From NCBI GenBank assembly GCA_001642005.1, contig LWCA01000189.1:1-42534 (forward strand): a stretch of 42,534 nucleotides of DNA. The letters are read 5' to 3'. The translations under genes were made by a program, and so were the position numbers. Below are positions 1 through 12,638 of this stretch, piece by piece; position 1 is the first letter of the stretch, and each line of letters starts with the position of its first letter. Source of the stretch: Intoshia linei (Eukaryota; Animalia; Orthonectida). The notes beneath the pieces were generated by a model. That model made no database searches. It was not told the DNA's origin and worked only from the letters and a program-made list of their open reading frames with translations.

Positions 1-210
1 AAACAGATTGAAAAAGAACGACATTACAAATATTATGATTAACGTTGATCAATCGAAACCTCCAAATTTATACAGCTATTTACGGAATGCCCGTTAACCT
101 CAATTGCAGTCGAAAGGAGCTTCAGATTATTAAACCACCTACTAACAAAACCAAGAAACTTTTTAAAAGATAATATTAAAAAATATTTGATTTTGTACTA
201 CAACAAATAA
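1..210 (+). pseudogene. C-terminal fragment of a hAT-superfamily (CGGBP1-like) transposase, frameshifted; cut by the window edge
   Basis: Frame 2 reads NRLKKNDITNIM..PNLYSYL. After a 1-nt shift near 86, frame 1 reads CPLTSIAVERSFRLLNHLLTKPRNFLKDNIKKYLILYYNK* (TAA 208-210). PxTSxxVERSF is the hAT C-terminal dimerisation motif. Confidence 0.7.
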
Positions 211-246
211 TACACTTTTTTTTACATATTTATTAAGATTTAAATT

Positions 247-357
247 CGAGGATCGGAAACCTTTTGCACTTAGTGGACCACTTTTTTATTTTTTATAGAT
301 GTAATAGAAATAGTTGACTAACGGGGTACTAAATTTAAAAAAGGTTAAGAAACCCTG
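247..357. mobile_element. Degenerate short hAT-type MITE remnant
   Basis: Left end gaggatcggaaaccttttg resembles the caggggtcggcaac end at 11392/25963. Right end aaaggttaagaaaccctg resembles aaggttgagaacccctg at 7505. No clean TSD. Confidence 0.4.
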
Positions 358-809
358 AATTAGATATATACGGACATAATTCAACGCTGCTTGTTCTACA
401 ACAACTATCTTATAATGGCAATATAATTATGTTTTAAAATTTATATAACGTTGCTACAACCGACAAGGCCCCAGAACTATTATTATGCCTAATAAGAGAT
501 TTCATCACTGTTCAGAAGAAAATTTAACGAAAAAAACAACACTACGTGAATTTTTTTTATTTTATAGGTTATTTAAAAAATTGTCGTATTGATAATTAAT
601 CAATTATTTTGTTTTCTAAAATTTTTAAAGCCTAACTAAATATTTATAAGGCGCATGTCCCATGTTGGGAATCACTGTCCTAGAGTAATTAAAAAAATGA
701 CTATCTGACTACAAAAAATTAATTTATATTAAAATACAATAAACTACAATGTTTAGCACTCACAAATACATGGTAATATACAAATAGTAATGAATATAAA
801 ACTAATTGT

Positions 810-3753
810 ATGAATTTAATAAATGAACTAAAAACTGAATTTATAAATGAAAATGTGAACACATTGAAACTCAACAATATACTAAAGGCATTAAAATGCA
901 ATTTGGATAAAAACGTAAATGAATTGATTAGCAATATGAACAGTTTTTATATAAACAATATGATAACTCTAAATAACTTGAAAACCATCGAAAAACTGTT
1001 AGTCCTGGTGGAAACGTATGTAACTAGCACAGAAGAGGCGCAATGTTTAAACCATTCAATGGTATATCTAATGTTGATGCGATATATTCAGTTATCAAAT
1101 TTTGAACATTTGTCTCTGTCAAATTTAAATGTGTATCGCGTTAAATTGGTGGCCGGTGAAATTTTATTAAAAATAATAACCTTTCTTCCTAAAGAAACGA
1201 CATTTTTATATTTGGAATTTATTTTCCCTCCTTGTGTGAATATAACCAATTCCAGTTTATTCATGTTGCTTGAAAAAGACAGTAAAGACTTACGTAAAGT
1301 TACATTAAACATTATCAAGCAAATTTTTGACAATTCAAAAATTTTTTTCCAATACGCTAATGATGAATTTAATAACTACTTATCTTGGTATACAAAATTA
1401 GGATTTTTAATACACCAAGCTCATAAAATTCTATGTCGTATATTGTGGCTGGAAACGGATGTTAAATTGAAAATTTTGATTATAAAAACGTTGACCAAAG
1501 TAGTAGAAAATACGCCATATTCACGTATGGATAAAAAGTTGAGTTTTTTTGTTGTTGATTGTACTAAAAAGGTTTTGTATGATGTTGAAAATATATACAT
1601 TTATAATGTAGCAATGGTCATGTTTAGGCAATTTGTGTTATCGTCGCATATTGACTATATTATGATTAAAGATTTGGTCGAAAATGCACACTTTGCAGAA
1701 ACTCAACATTTACAAATGGGTTGTTCTATTGCTACAACTTGGCAAAAGTACGTTGAAAATAATAGCACTTCTTGGATAATTTATATTTGTCTATCGATAT
1801 TATACTATAATTATAAAACTACAAAATTTATGGCATTTAAAGACGCAGTGAAGGGAATAAGAATCGTTAAATCATGTTCAAGTATTCCCCTAACTTTGCA
1901 AATGGCTTCATTTCAACTTTTAAATGCTTTAGCGGAAAAGGCGTATAAATTTGAAGAATACCACAGTTATATCGTCGAAATTATAAACCTTGTTATATCA
2001 AGCCACCCCAAAGAACTTGGTGCAATTGCTTTAAAATTTGTAAATTTACATTATAATTTCTATGCTGAACAGAAAGGCGTTACAGATTCTATTAATTCCA
2101 ATATATTGCAAGAAAAATCGAAATTGTTTACTTTTTATTTTCATGAAATTATTGAAAATTTATATTACGATCCATTTCCAGAAATTCAACAAATTTTAAT
2201 CGAAGGATTTGGTAAAATGCGTAAAAATTTATTTGTATCATTATCTGAAACGGAGAGAAGTTTCATTATATGTATTATAACCAAATTTGCCTGTCAAAAT
2301 TGCCACTATCGTGTTAAATCAATCAGTCTCAACACAATTGCTTCAATAAATTCACATACTGAAAAATTCAACGACAAGGAACTTATGAGTTTTAATATCA
2401 TTAATTTAACTATACTTTTGATTGATATTTCTCAAAAAAATAGAGATTATCTCATTTCTAGGTGTGCTTCTAATGCGTTACTCAGTGTAATTTCAAAAAT
2501 CCATACCTGTGATGAAATCGATTTGAGTACAGTTTTAAAGTATTTTAACAAGATTAAAGATAAAATTAAAATTTGGACCGACGTGGAATCTAATAAAATT
2601 AAACCTTTACTTGTCAAAATTGTTACTTCCATTTGGTATTCCTGCAAAATTTTCGAAATAAAAGGGTTTGAAACATCTTTTCAAGGTAATTTTTACAGAA
2701 TTCACCGTTAGTGCACGTAACATATACATTATAATATTATTACCGTAAATTTTTGTTTAAATTGCATTTATTCAAATCTCACTCTTTAAAAATTAAATTT
2801 AGAAAAAAGTTTTTATATTCTAGAAAAATATGAATATCCAATATTACCTGTCACATAAATATGAACATTTTGCGCCAATTTAACATAACAATAAATTAAA
2901 TAAATCATAAATTACACTAATATCGTCTTATCTACCGACTAAATGGCGCAATATGTTAATTTATTATCACATGCTATTTAAAAATTGTATTGCGTTAATA
3001 TTATATATAGATGTTGCCAATTACAGTTTAAATGTGTGTCTGATTATTCTTCAACAGGAAAACCCAGCTTACGTAAAATTAAATGTTTACCATTTAACTT
3101 TTTTTAGGTGATTAATGAATTTTTGTCGAGTTTTGAAAAAATTATTGCTCTGTTAAATGAAAACAAAAATCTAATCACGGAAAGCCATATTGTACAAGAT
3201 TTTTATTTTCATTGAATTATAATATGAAAATTTAGTCAAATTTTGCATTATTGCTAGTACAAATCATTTTATTAAAAAAATTTGATTTCAAATCAAACGA
3301 CCGATTGCTCTATAAGTTGCTCAAAATTTTGTCAACGATCAAAAGATGCGAAATTCTTGGCGAAAACGTTGTCCCCGTTGCAGAAATCTTACTAAATTGT
3401 TTAATTGCTCAGAAATCCTTGTACATTGTTGTTAGTAATCCAATTAAAACGGAGGTATGTCGTATTAGATTTGTAAAAATTTTAGTTTACCAATGTATTA
3501 TTCAACTTTGTGTACACATCACATACTGACAATTTTGAAAAATTGGCCAAACTGTACAATTTCCACCGAAAAGATCTATCTCAAGTTTTTTACCAAAAAC
3601 AGACTTTAGGTATTTGTAATTTTTAAAACTTTATCAACCATTTTAGTTGCCTTTAAAAAATATTTACGTTATTTAATTGACATTAAATGTAAACATTCCC
3701 AGATAAAAAACTCACTATGTACATTTGATGACATTTTTAACTTGTACAAATAA
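810..3753 (+). CDS. HEATR6: HEAT repeat-containing protein 6-like (DUF4042 domain), divergent; multi-exon
   Basis: The 633-aa ORF contains SSLFMLLEKDSKDLRKVTLNIIKQIFDNSKIFFQYA and KTLTKVVENTPYSRM, which match the HEATR6 DUF4042 motifs as I recall them. Donor at 2686. In-phase exons ~3011-3072, 3108-3190, 3236-3455, 3486-3609 and 3647-3753 end ...FNLYK*. Confidence 0.65.
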
Positions 3754-3796
3754 ATATTTAATTCAAACATAAATTACACAATTATACACATGTTGG

Positions 3797-5495
3797 TTAG
3801 GCTACAAATTCGTTGGATTTTGTCCCAAAAGAGCAATAAATAAATCTCCATGATTTAATAGTTTTGTTTGACCATAACCAGCAACTTGAAGTAACTCCAA
3901 CAATAAGCATCATTAGATATTGTACCATAAAAACTGTAAAATCAGGGTGGGCTGTAGATTCTGGTTTAATGATTGGACAATTTTCAATTTCATATTTTTG
4001 ACATAGATTTGCTACCCATGCTAACATCCACTGTTCATGGTGTTGTTGTGTATAAAATTGGCATGCTATTACTATCGTGGCTGGAACTGTATATAATACT
4101 GAAAAAATACCAATCCTGACTATTAATTTTTCCAATTTATCAATGCTAGTTCCTCTTCCACGCACAAATGATCTAATCCTGACAAGGGAAATAAAACCGG
4201 CCACAAGAAAGCTGGTGCCAATAGCTAAATAGATTACTAGTGGAATAAGAACAAATGCGTTTTTTGCGCCCATGTCGTGTATTCCGGTGAAACAGGTTCC
4301 ACTCAACACGTCTCCTTCTACTTTTCCCATAGCAAGAATAGCAATTGTTTGTATGGCAGGTATTGCCCACGCAACTAAATGGAAGTATCTAGAGTGCGCT
4401 TCGATTGCTTCATGCCCCCATTTGAGATAAGCTAAATAAGAATAAATACAATATTAATATGAAATTACCAGATAAAAACCACGTAAGAGAGAGTATAACC
4501 CACCAAATAGAAGAAGCCATGCTAAAGTAGTAAGAAAGCATGAAAATGATGGTACAAGCTTCCCTTTTGGTGCCTTGAACTATAACTGAAGATCGTATAT
4601 CCAATTCATTTTCGAGGTCAATACAAGATATGCCTTTTCCTACTGCAAATCCAACTACATAGGCGATACCGACAAATATGTAGCAAGAACAAAGATAAAC
4701 AATGGGACGTTCGGGGTATCGGAATCTGGAAGTATCCAACATGAACGTAATTAGTGTAAATAAAGAAGAGACAACACATAGTGTCGACCATATTCCTATC
4801 CAATACCATGCAAATTTTTGTTGTTTCTCACTGAAAAAACTAACACATGCCATTCCACAAGATTTGAAAACGATATTATCCACCTTCAATTCATAATCAA
4901 AATTTTCAACGAGTAAATGATTGGGACATTGCAGTCTGAATAATTCTGGATTATACGTTTTTTCATAGTCGGTTGTCACATCAGTATTTGGGAAATCATA
5001 ATTTTGATACGTGTCGTCTATAGAGTTTGGTACGCACATTTCAGATTCTGGAAATTTATCACATCTGAGCACTGGTGGCCATTTGAATTCAGCTGCATCA
5101 GCTAGAACCCTACAATCTTTCTTCACTTTTTCACAAAATGAACGACATGGTTTCACTGGTTTTCCTGATGCTGCGCAAACTGGGACGTATATCAAACATA
5201 GAAATTTTTTAATGTGTTTGCTACATTCTGATTCTATTGCCACACGATACAGACTTAATTCGTTTTCTAAATTACATTATATATAGACATGATAAATTTA
5301 ACCTGCAGCCATTTGAGTGGTTTGATCCAAAAAATTTGGGAATAATGTACGGTTGTATGGCATGTCTTTACAAGTTCGAACAGTAAGATCTTCGCATTTT
5401 TCATTGTCTTCACGAATAACAGTATGTTGATTAGAACGTGAAGAGAGGGTTAAAGATAAAAACGTCAATAAAATGCAAATATTTGAAAACATCAT
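3797..5495 (-). CDS. FZD: Frizzled receptor, Fz1/2/7 class; 3 exons (5495-5303, 5266-4469, 4431-3797)
   Basis: Signal peptide and a 10-cysteine CRD. Motifs RFRYPERPI, YYFSMASSIWWVILSLTWF, KWGHEAIE (restored by splicing a 37-nt intron), KLEKLIVRIGIFSVLYTVPA, PDFTVFM and KTxxxW (KTIKSW). Confidence 0.96.
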
Positions 5496-6199
5496 AATTG
5501 CAATAAACTATATCGGCATTTAATATTGGCTGTGAACCATGGAAATATAATTGTTTAGAAGAAATTTGGTATCAAGTTGATAATCAACAAAAGCTGCAGT
5601 GTACTGAGAACACTTATCATTTGTGTGACACTTGAATACATCATATTTCATTTGTGTCAGTTGAGTTCAAGGGAATCACTTTTATTTATTTGTATGGTGT
5701 CATCCTGTCATGTTAAAAATATTATTGTTGACATTATTGTGAATAGAATTCAAATATTATGCCGAATGGAAATATAGCAGGGGTGGTCAATTTAAAATAC
5801 GAAGTATCATATTTTTTATAAGTTAATGCTAAAAGGTCGCAAAATATCGATAATTTTTACTAAAATGCGTATATACTAGTTTGGATTGGACGATACCTTT
5901 TACAAAAATTCAATTAATATACAAAACAATTTTAGTAAAATACTGATATGAAGATAAGATAAGTTTTTCTACTGTTTAGAAATAATTTAATGAGTTTTTC
6001 AAAATTCGACATTTTTTTATTAGATACAAAAATTTACATCGAAATAAGTGAAAATTAAAACTGACGAAAGATTTCATTTAAAGACCAAATATCTTGGGTG
6101 CTAGACATTGAGGTAGACTAAGATATAAAAATTGTAGTTTTTAAATTAATTGAAATATAGTAAATTTTACAAGTAGAAAAAAATCTACAAAACATTTAT

Positions 6200-9100
6200 T
6201 TAATTAAGTATATTATCAAAAATGATATTTATGTCTTCAGAATCAGTGTAAGTGATTTCAGGTCTAGCCTTGGTTTTTTCATCTTTTGTAAATCTCATTT
6301 TTTTCTTTCCATCAGCGATAGTAGATATAAAAATATTTTTACGTGAGGTTCTACGTTTAGTTTGTATCTAAAATATAAATAAGATAATTCCCAAATTCAT
6401 AGATAAGATAAGATTTACATTTGTATATTGAGAGATGACTGACTGTGGAATGGTAGATAATGCTAAAATTTCATCGCGAATAGATTTTCTATAATTCTAA
6501 AATATATATAATAAAATAACATTCAAATTTACCTTATATGATTTTCCAATAGCTTGTTTAGGTCGGAACGAAAATTTGCACAAATTTTGGTACATTTTCT
6601 TGAACAATTGTCGTCCATGTGAAGACCAAATAATGTACGCTGTATCGGATTTATCTGATGTAGAATAGGAAATATAATGCTTTCCGGAATTATCCCAAAA
6701 ACTTTCCGTCATTCCTTGCTGACAACAGTAGAGGGTTGGTATAATTTCGCTAAAAGTTATGTGCGCAAATTCTAAATCACCACTAAATTGTTATTATAAT
6801 TATATATAGTTAACATACGACTCAGATTTCATCACTAAAGATTGTCCGGATGACGACCAATCCACGGATGTGTAAACTTTATTCTCTAATTTACCTAAAC
6901 ATTGAAATTAATTAGCACTAAAATGTGTTTTACCAATTACGTTCAGGGATCCAGTATTTTGTATAGCATAGAAGGTGAACGTGTTGACATTTTTGGATAT
7001 ACACGTACAAATTGAAAATCTGTACCCATTTGGTTCCCAATCAAAAGACACAACATTACCTAACATTTCATATTTTTATAATAAATAAATATTTAACCTT
7101 TGATGTCAATCTTTTCGATGGGAACATTTTTTTCTTTTAATCTGAAAATGTATACATCATTTGATACACCCTAAATATAACGATTAAAATTAAAAATATG
7201 CATCATCACTGATCAGTTAAAACATTATTTGGAGTAAATGATAATAACATTCAGAGGTATAAACAGTATAAGTAAAGAGAAAATATTATTATCAAATTCA
7301 CCAAAATAAAACCAAAAATTAAGGAGTCGGCACTTAATCACCAGACGTAAGGATCATAAGGTTAATATATAAAAATTATTTACCTTTTTTCCATTATTAT
7401 TGATTTTATAAAAATTATTGGTCATTTTATTACAGGGGCGCTGATTTAGCAATTTGTGAATTATGGTGGAATGGGGCATTGGTTTATCAAGGTTGAGAAC
7501 CCCTGGTATAGAGGTATCATTTTAAAAAATATATAGGGTCCTATAATTTCCATTTGGTTCGGGCCTATTGCTGACTCTTCACGGCCCACCTACTAACTCA
7601 TAGTAACCGTATCCATGAACTATTCGATATAACGTTATACTCTCAACACCGCCACAAATATTAAAATACCAAAATAACGGTATTAAAAAGATTGACTGTA
7701 TATGGAAATTGGTTAAATTTGCCAAAAAATCTTAATAAACCATTAGGAACAAATTGCAAGAAAGAATTGAAAAAATTTGTGTTGGCTTAATATAATTTTC
7801 ACAATTAAACTCATTTTTGTGACAATTTTTCGTACATTTTCTGTATCAATAACACTTTTTAAAACAAAATTAAAAGGCCTGGTGTCAAAATATAAATGTA
7901 TGTCAATTATACAAAAAGCACAAATTAAACAATTTATATACCCAAAATAACTAAAAATTTAATAACATAAATTTCACTCAATGTTGGGTTGATTTTACTA
8001 TAATAACGTGAATAGAATAGAGATATTGTACTTTAATACATTGAAATGTATTAATGATTTATATATCCAAAATAATTAAGACAATCAAAAAGATTGTCTT
8101 ACTCAACATTGGAAAAATTAATGCTAATGTTAGTATTCAAAATCTGATATAAAATTAAAACAAGATAAAAACGTTTGTGAACGATAATAAAAAAGTAGTA
8201 ATAGATATAAGAATAATATGACAATAGAATTATCTAAAATAAATTTTAATTCATTGGAAACGTAAATTTTACAAATAATAAATGAATTATGCCTAACAAA
8301 AAACGTGGACATTAAATTTGTACCGATAAATAACACCCACTGGCTTCTACTGTATATAGTTTTAAATAATTGCAAATAAAATTACATAATAATTGTATTT
8401 TTCTTTATCTTTACCATCATTTTTATTCTCGTTGACGTCCTTTACCTCTACCTCTACATTTACAATTTCCTTTTCTTGGTTCTCTTTTACATCTCCTTTT
8501 TTATTTTCTTTATCTTTAGAATTCGCTTTTTCCTCATTAATTTCTTTTCTCGACGTAAATTTAGTTAAAACAACAGCTAAATAATTAGAATTGTCCTGCC
8601 AGTACATATTGCATGCTGATGTATTAACATAAGTTTTTTCCAGTATTAACTTAAGAGAAGGTATTTCCATTAATGCTATCTTGACAAAACCAGTATTTTG
8701 GTCCACGGTGTAAGAAATAATATCTGTGGAAGGAGACCATACATAATCTCTAAAACAATGAGAATTAAAAATGTCATTTCAATAAAAGATTACAGTAAAT
8801 AGGGTATCGTAATAGATTTCTTGTTGAGCATGGTAAAAGACTAAAAATAATTATAAAAGAAATAATATATAAAATTACCTCTGATTCATAAATATACAAG
8901 TTATGTTTAAAAGAATTTGAAAAGTATTTATTATCATAATTCCACCTATAATTACATTGATAAACATTAAGTATATACAAACTTGAATGGCGTATATACC
9001 AATTTTTTGAAGTCGAATTCTCGCATTTTCAAACCTGTTAAAATTTCCCATATAATGTGTACGTTATTACGATCTGTGGTAAAGAGAAATCTAAAAATAA

Positions 9101-11915
9101 TTGATTAAATCATCTCCCACATAGTATGACTTACTTTTCACAAGATGAAAAACTAGCAGACACGACATCAGAATGTGAAAATTTGGCAATAATTTTAAAT
9201 TGACTTCCTCCCCAGAAAATGACACCTAGAGCATGAAATGTCAACAAATATGAGCCATATGTAGACCAAATAGGGTCAAAATTTTCCGACCAATTCTATT
9301 AATATACTTATCAAAATAATTTAAAACAAAAATTACTTCACGACTCAAAATTGGCTCTGAAATTTTGGCGTTGTTGTTTTCGTATATTTCAAAGACGTCA
9401 GTATCGACAGATTTATGAAATCTAATAAAAAACTGATCATTTTCATTGTCTAACATCCATCCATATAGTTCAGTCTAGAAATAATTTATTATTACATTAA
9501 TTAACATCTAAATTTAACATACCGGGTCCAAATACGCTTTTAATGTGGGTTTTAATGGATTCTGACTGGGGAAATCGCATCTAAAAATTAATTAAATTTG
9601 AATTTCATCACAAACTCTTCAATGTCCTTTAGATGATTCACCAAAAACGTGTGCTTTTTGTCCAGTTTAAATCTGTTTAATTCTTTAATAGCCCTATTTG
9701 CCATGTCCCTAGTTTCATATTGAATGAAAACGTATCTAAAAAACGATTATTTTATTTGGCATAAAACAAATTGAAACATCAACAAATTCTTGAAAATGGA
9801 ATACGCTTAAAATTTTGATAAATAAAATAATTTAATTTGAAATTTGTAACCCAAACTCCGTAAAATTCTCCTTTTTTCTATGCATAATTTAAAAATAAAT
9901 ACCCCAAAGTTTTGCCATCTGCCTTTGGATAATAGAAATTGACAATTTTTCCAACTTTAGAAAATTTTCCATTGATAACATTAATCAGTTTAGATTCAGT
10001 GTGAACAGGTACAATTGGTATGTTATCAACCACAATTATTTCACCTTTTGATAAATTTTCTGATGGTTCTACCAAATCAGTATCAAATTCTAAAATATAA
10101 AATTAGAATTCTCAATAATCTAATAAACGTTTAATCAAATAATATTAAAAAATCAGTATTCATGTAATTAAATGTAAAAAAATAAATACCATTGTCTAAT
10201 CATTTTAGCATCTTTAAAATTAATAATTCTTAAAAAAAATTCAAAATTAACCATTAAAACTTTCTGCCCTATATTTTATTAAATTTTGTGACCATACTGA
10301 AAATGTCAAGATAATAAAATTTTGTCTCAGAAATAAGTTCACCAAATTTGCATGATACATAATTATTTAAGATTTCACTGGTTCCCAAACTTTTTCCATC
10401 ATAAACCACTTGTCACACAAAAAAAATCCCCTTAATCCTGACCACGTCACTAAGATAATATTTTGATTTTTTTATTATGTATTTCTTCTTAAATCGAAAA
10501 TTCTACACTAATTTTGACAAAATAGCTTCAATGGCTTTTAATTCTTATGGCAATTAAAAAAATTATTAATTTCAAACATACTCATGGCGAACTACCAGTT
10601 CCGTATCCGAGATCCTTCCACCGAGAAATCTGGACGAAATTTTTTTTAAAATGTAGGCTTTAATTTACTACATTAAAAAAAACTTGAATATCAACTAATT
10701 TGAGTGTTAAATTTAAAATGTTAACTCAAGAGTCTTAGAAAGATGAATAGGGTTATATGACCTTATAATTCGTTTACAAAATTTTTTAATGGGCTATTTT
10801 TCATTTTTGAAATGGCAACGGGCTTGCTAGGTTTAATTTCGGAAACTACAAGCGAACTAAGTTCAATCGTTGTATATAATGTGTGTAATATATTAAATTT
10901 AACGTACGTATGAATTATTCACGTTATTTAGTAAATTTTCACTTTATATTGATTAAATGATGTTTACGTTCAGTAATAATAATAAATGATCGATACAATT
11001 CTAATTTATTATTATTATTAAAAAAAGGTTATCTTCATTTTTTTTTGAAATTTTTCTTGTAGACTACCTATAATTTCTGTGGACCATTTTGGAAACCACT
11101 GTGTTAGATTGAGAAAATTTAGGGTCAACAACCAGTAGTCCACAGAATAATGTTGGTGTCTCTTTGAGTAAATATGTAAATTATTTATTTTTCAACTTTT
11201 AAACATTTTCTACTATAACTGACTTATAATCATTTTCATTCTGAATTTTCAGATCTTTCGGATATTATTTTGTCGTAATACTAGAACCGATTTAGAATTT
11301 AAATGTATCATGTGTAAATTTTTAAAAACGGGCCGTATAATTTTTTTTATATAAAAAGTGACCCACGATACGCAAAATGTTGCCGACCCCTGATATAAAG
11401 TATGTTAATAACTACAAAAATAATTCACAATCTCCAAATACATTTCCGTAGTTAGTTTAACCAAGAAATTGTTTAAACACTTTCTAAGGCGCTTATTTGG
11501 TACCATCCATTTTTTCATTCATCTTTGTATTCGCATTAATAATGCCAATATTATTTACTATCAACACTCTATTTTCGTTTAAACAAAAGTTATATGGGGT
11601 GTAATTTTGTTTTTGTAAATAAAGTTTTAATAAATTGGTACATTTTTTTATTCATAAACTTACAGTATTAATATAGCTTATTGATAAAAAATAGAGCTCA
11701 GATTTGATCCAATCTAATCCTTTGAACCAAAAATAATGGGCTAAAAATTCTATAAATTGAAAAAGAATATTCACCATAAATTAAACAGACGTGTTTTAAA
11801 CTTTTAAATAATAAATATATAAATTACCCAATAACTGTGATAGATTAGATAAATCAGAATTTGCATCTAAATTTCCGAAGTTCTCTTCAAAACTTTTTGT
11901 ATAATCAATGCTCAT
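6200..11915 (-). CDS. EIF3B: Eukaryotic translation initiation factor 3 subunit B (PRT1); many exons; first exon 11915-11828 is inferred
   Basis: RRM IIVVDNIPIV..KLINVINGKFSKVGKI..GKTLGY. WD segments WSTYGSYLLTFHALGVIFWGG, WSPSTD, KIALMEIPS, MYWQDNSNYLAV, FDWEPNGYRF and FWDNSGKHY. Stop at 6202-6200. The phase-1 exon MSIDY..LSQLL joins the phase-1 acceptor at 10090 in frame. Confidence 0.92.
10376..11101. mobile_element. hAT-type MITE family A, copy 1 (in eIF3b intron 1)
   Basis: Ends cactggttcccaaa ... ttttggaaaccactg. About 500 bp of internal sequence is shared with 17606-18177 (e.g. ataattcgtttacaaaattttttaatgggctatttttcatttttgaa). Confidence 0.85.
11120..11392. mobile_element. hAT-type MITE family B, copy 1
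   Basis: Right end gttgccgacccctg; degenerate left end tagggtcaacaacc. Its reverse complement aligns along its length with 25963-26246. Confidence 0.8.
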
Positions 11916-12638
11916 TTTAATTTTGTACACGAGTAAATTTTAGAAACTTTATTGTAAAATGTGTATCAATTAATTTGATAAAAACTTTATGTGTCTATAT
12001 AGCGACTAATTAATCACGATTGCCAATAGATTGGCCCCGTAAAATAAACTTTTTTAAATGTAAGTACTTTCAAATTTTTGAGATAAATTTGTTATTTTTA
12101 ATTTGATACCATTAACTCATTTTAAACACTTTTGAATGATTTTTGATCGTGTAAGGGTAACCAATGGTTGAATAGGGTAGTTTTTAAGAAGTACGTTCTA
12201 ATTAATTTTACTCGTCGAAAATACAGATATTGTGTCTCGAACGAATTATGTTGACTGTTTGAGTTTCAAACCTACCGTAATCGAGACAACTCTCCGAGGA
12301 AATTTTAGGGTAAATGTCAAACCGAGAGCCTTGGATAGGTGGCTAAGTCGTATAACACTATGCATTGTTTGTAAAAAAATGAACCTATTTTCCATCTTCG
12401 GGTAACCTCGAGCTTGGTAGGTTTGGCTCTGTGCCTGCTATCTAAATATTCACTAATAGCCAGTGACTATTCAAAATTTGAATATAAAATTGCGATAAAG
12501 TACATACGTATCCATATAAACATGTATCGATATTCCGATTAATTTCATGGAGACGGGTGTGAAATTATTTTCAAGTCTACTAGCAATTACTGTTTAATTT
12601 TAAAGATAAACGAAATTACCACACTTAACAATACAGTT

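Noticed and set aside
11664-11915. Separate small ERH-like gene on the minus strand (SQLL, HVCLIY, KGLDWIKSELYFL)
   Set aside because: The pieces cannot all be joined in frame and the ERH N-terminus is absent. Exon 11915-11828 is more simply eIF3b exon 1 because the phase and N-terminal pattern fit. 11740-11664 could still be a cryptic exon.
12300-12315. Telomerase RNA template (minus strand ...taccctaaa...)
   Set aside because: Only 7 nt match a TTAGGG template and the surrounding pairings do not follow template-pseudoknot order.
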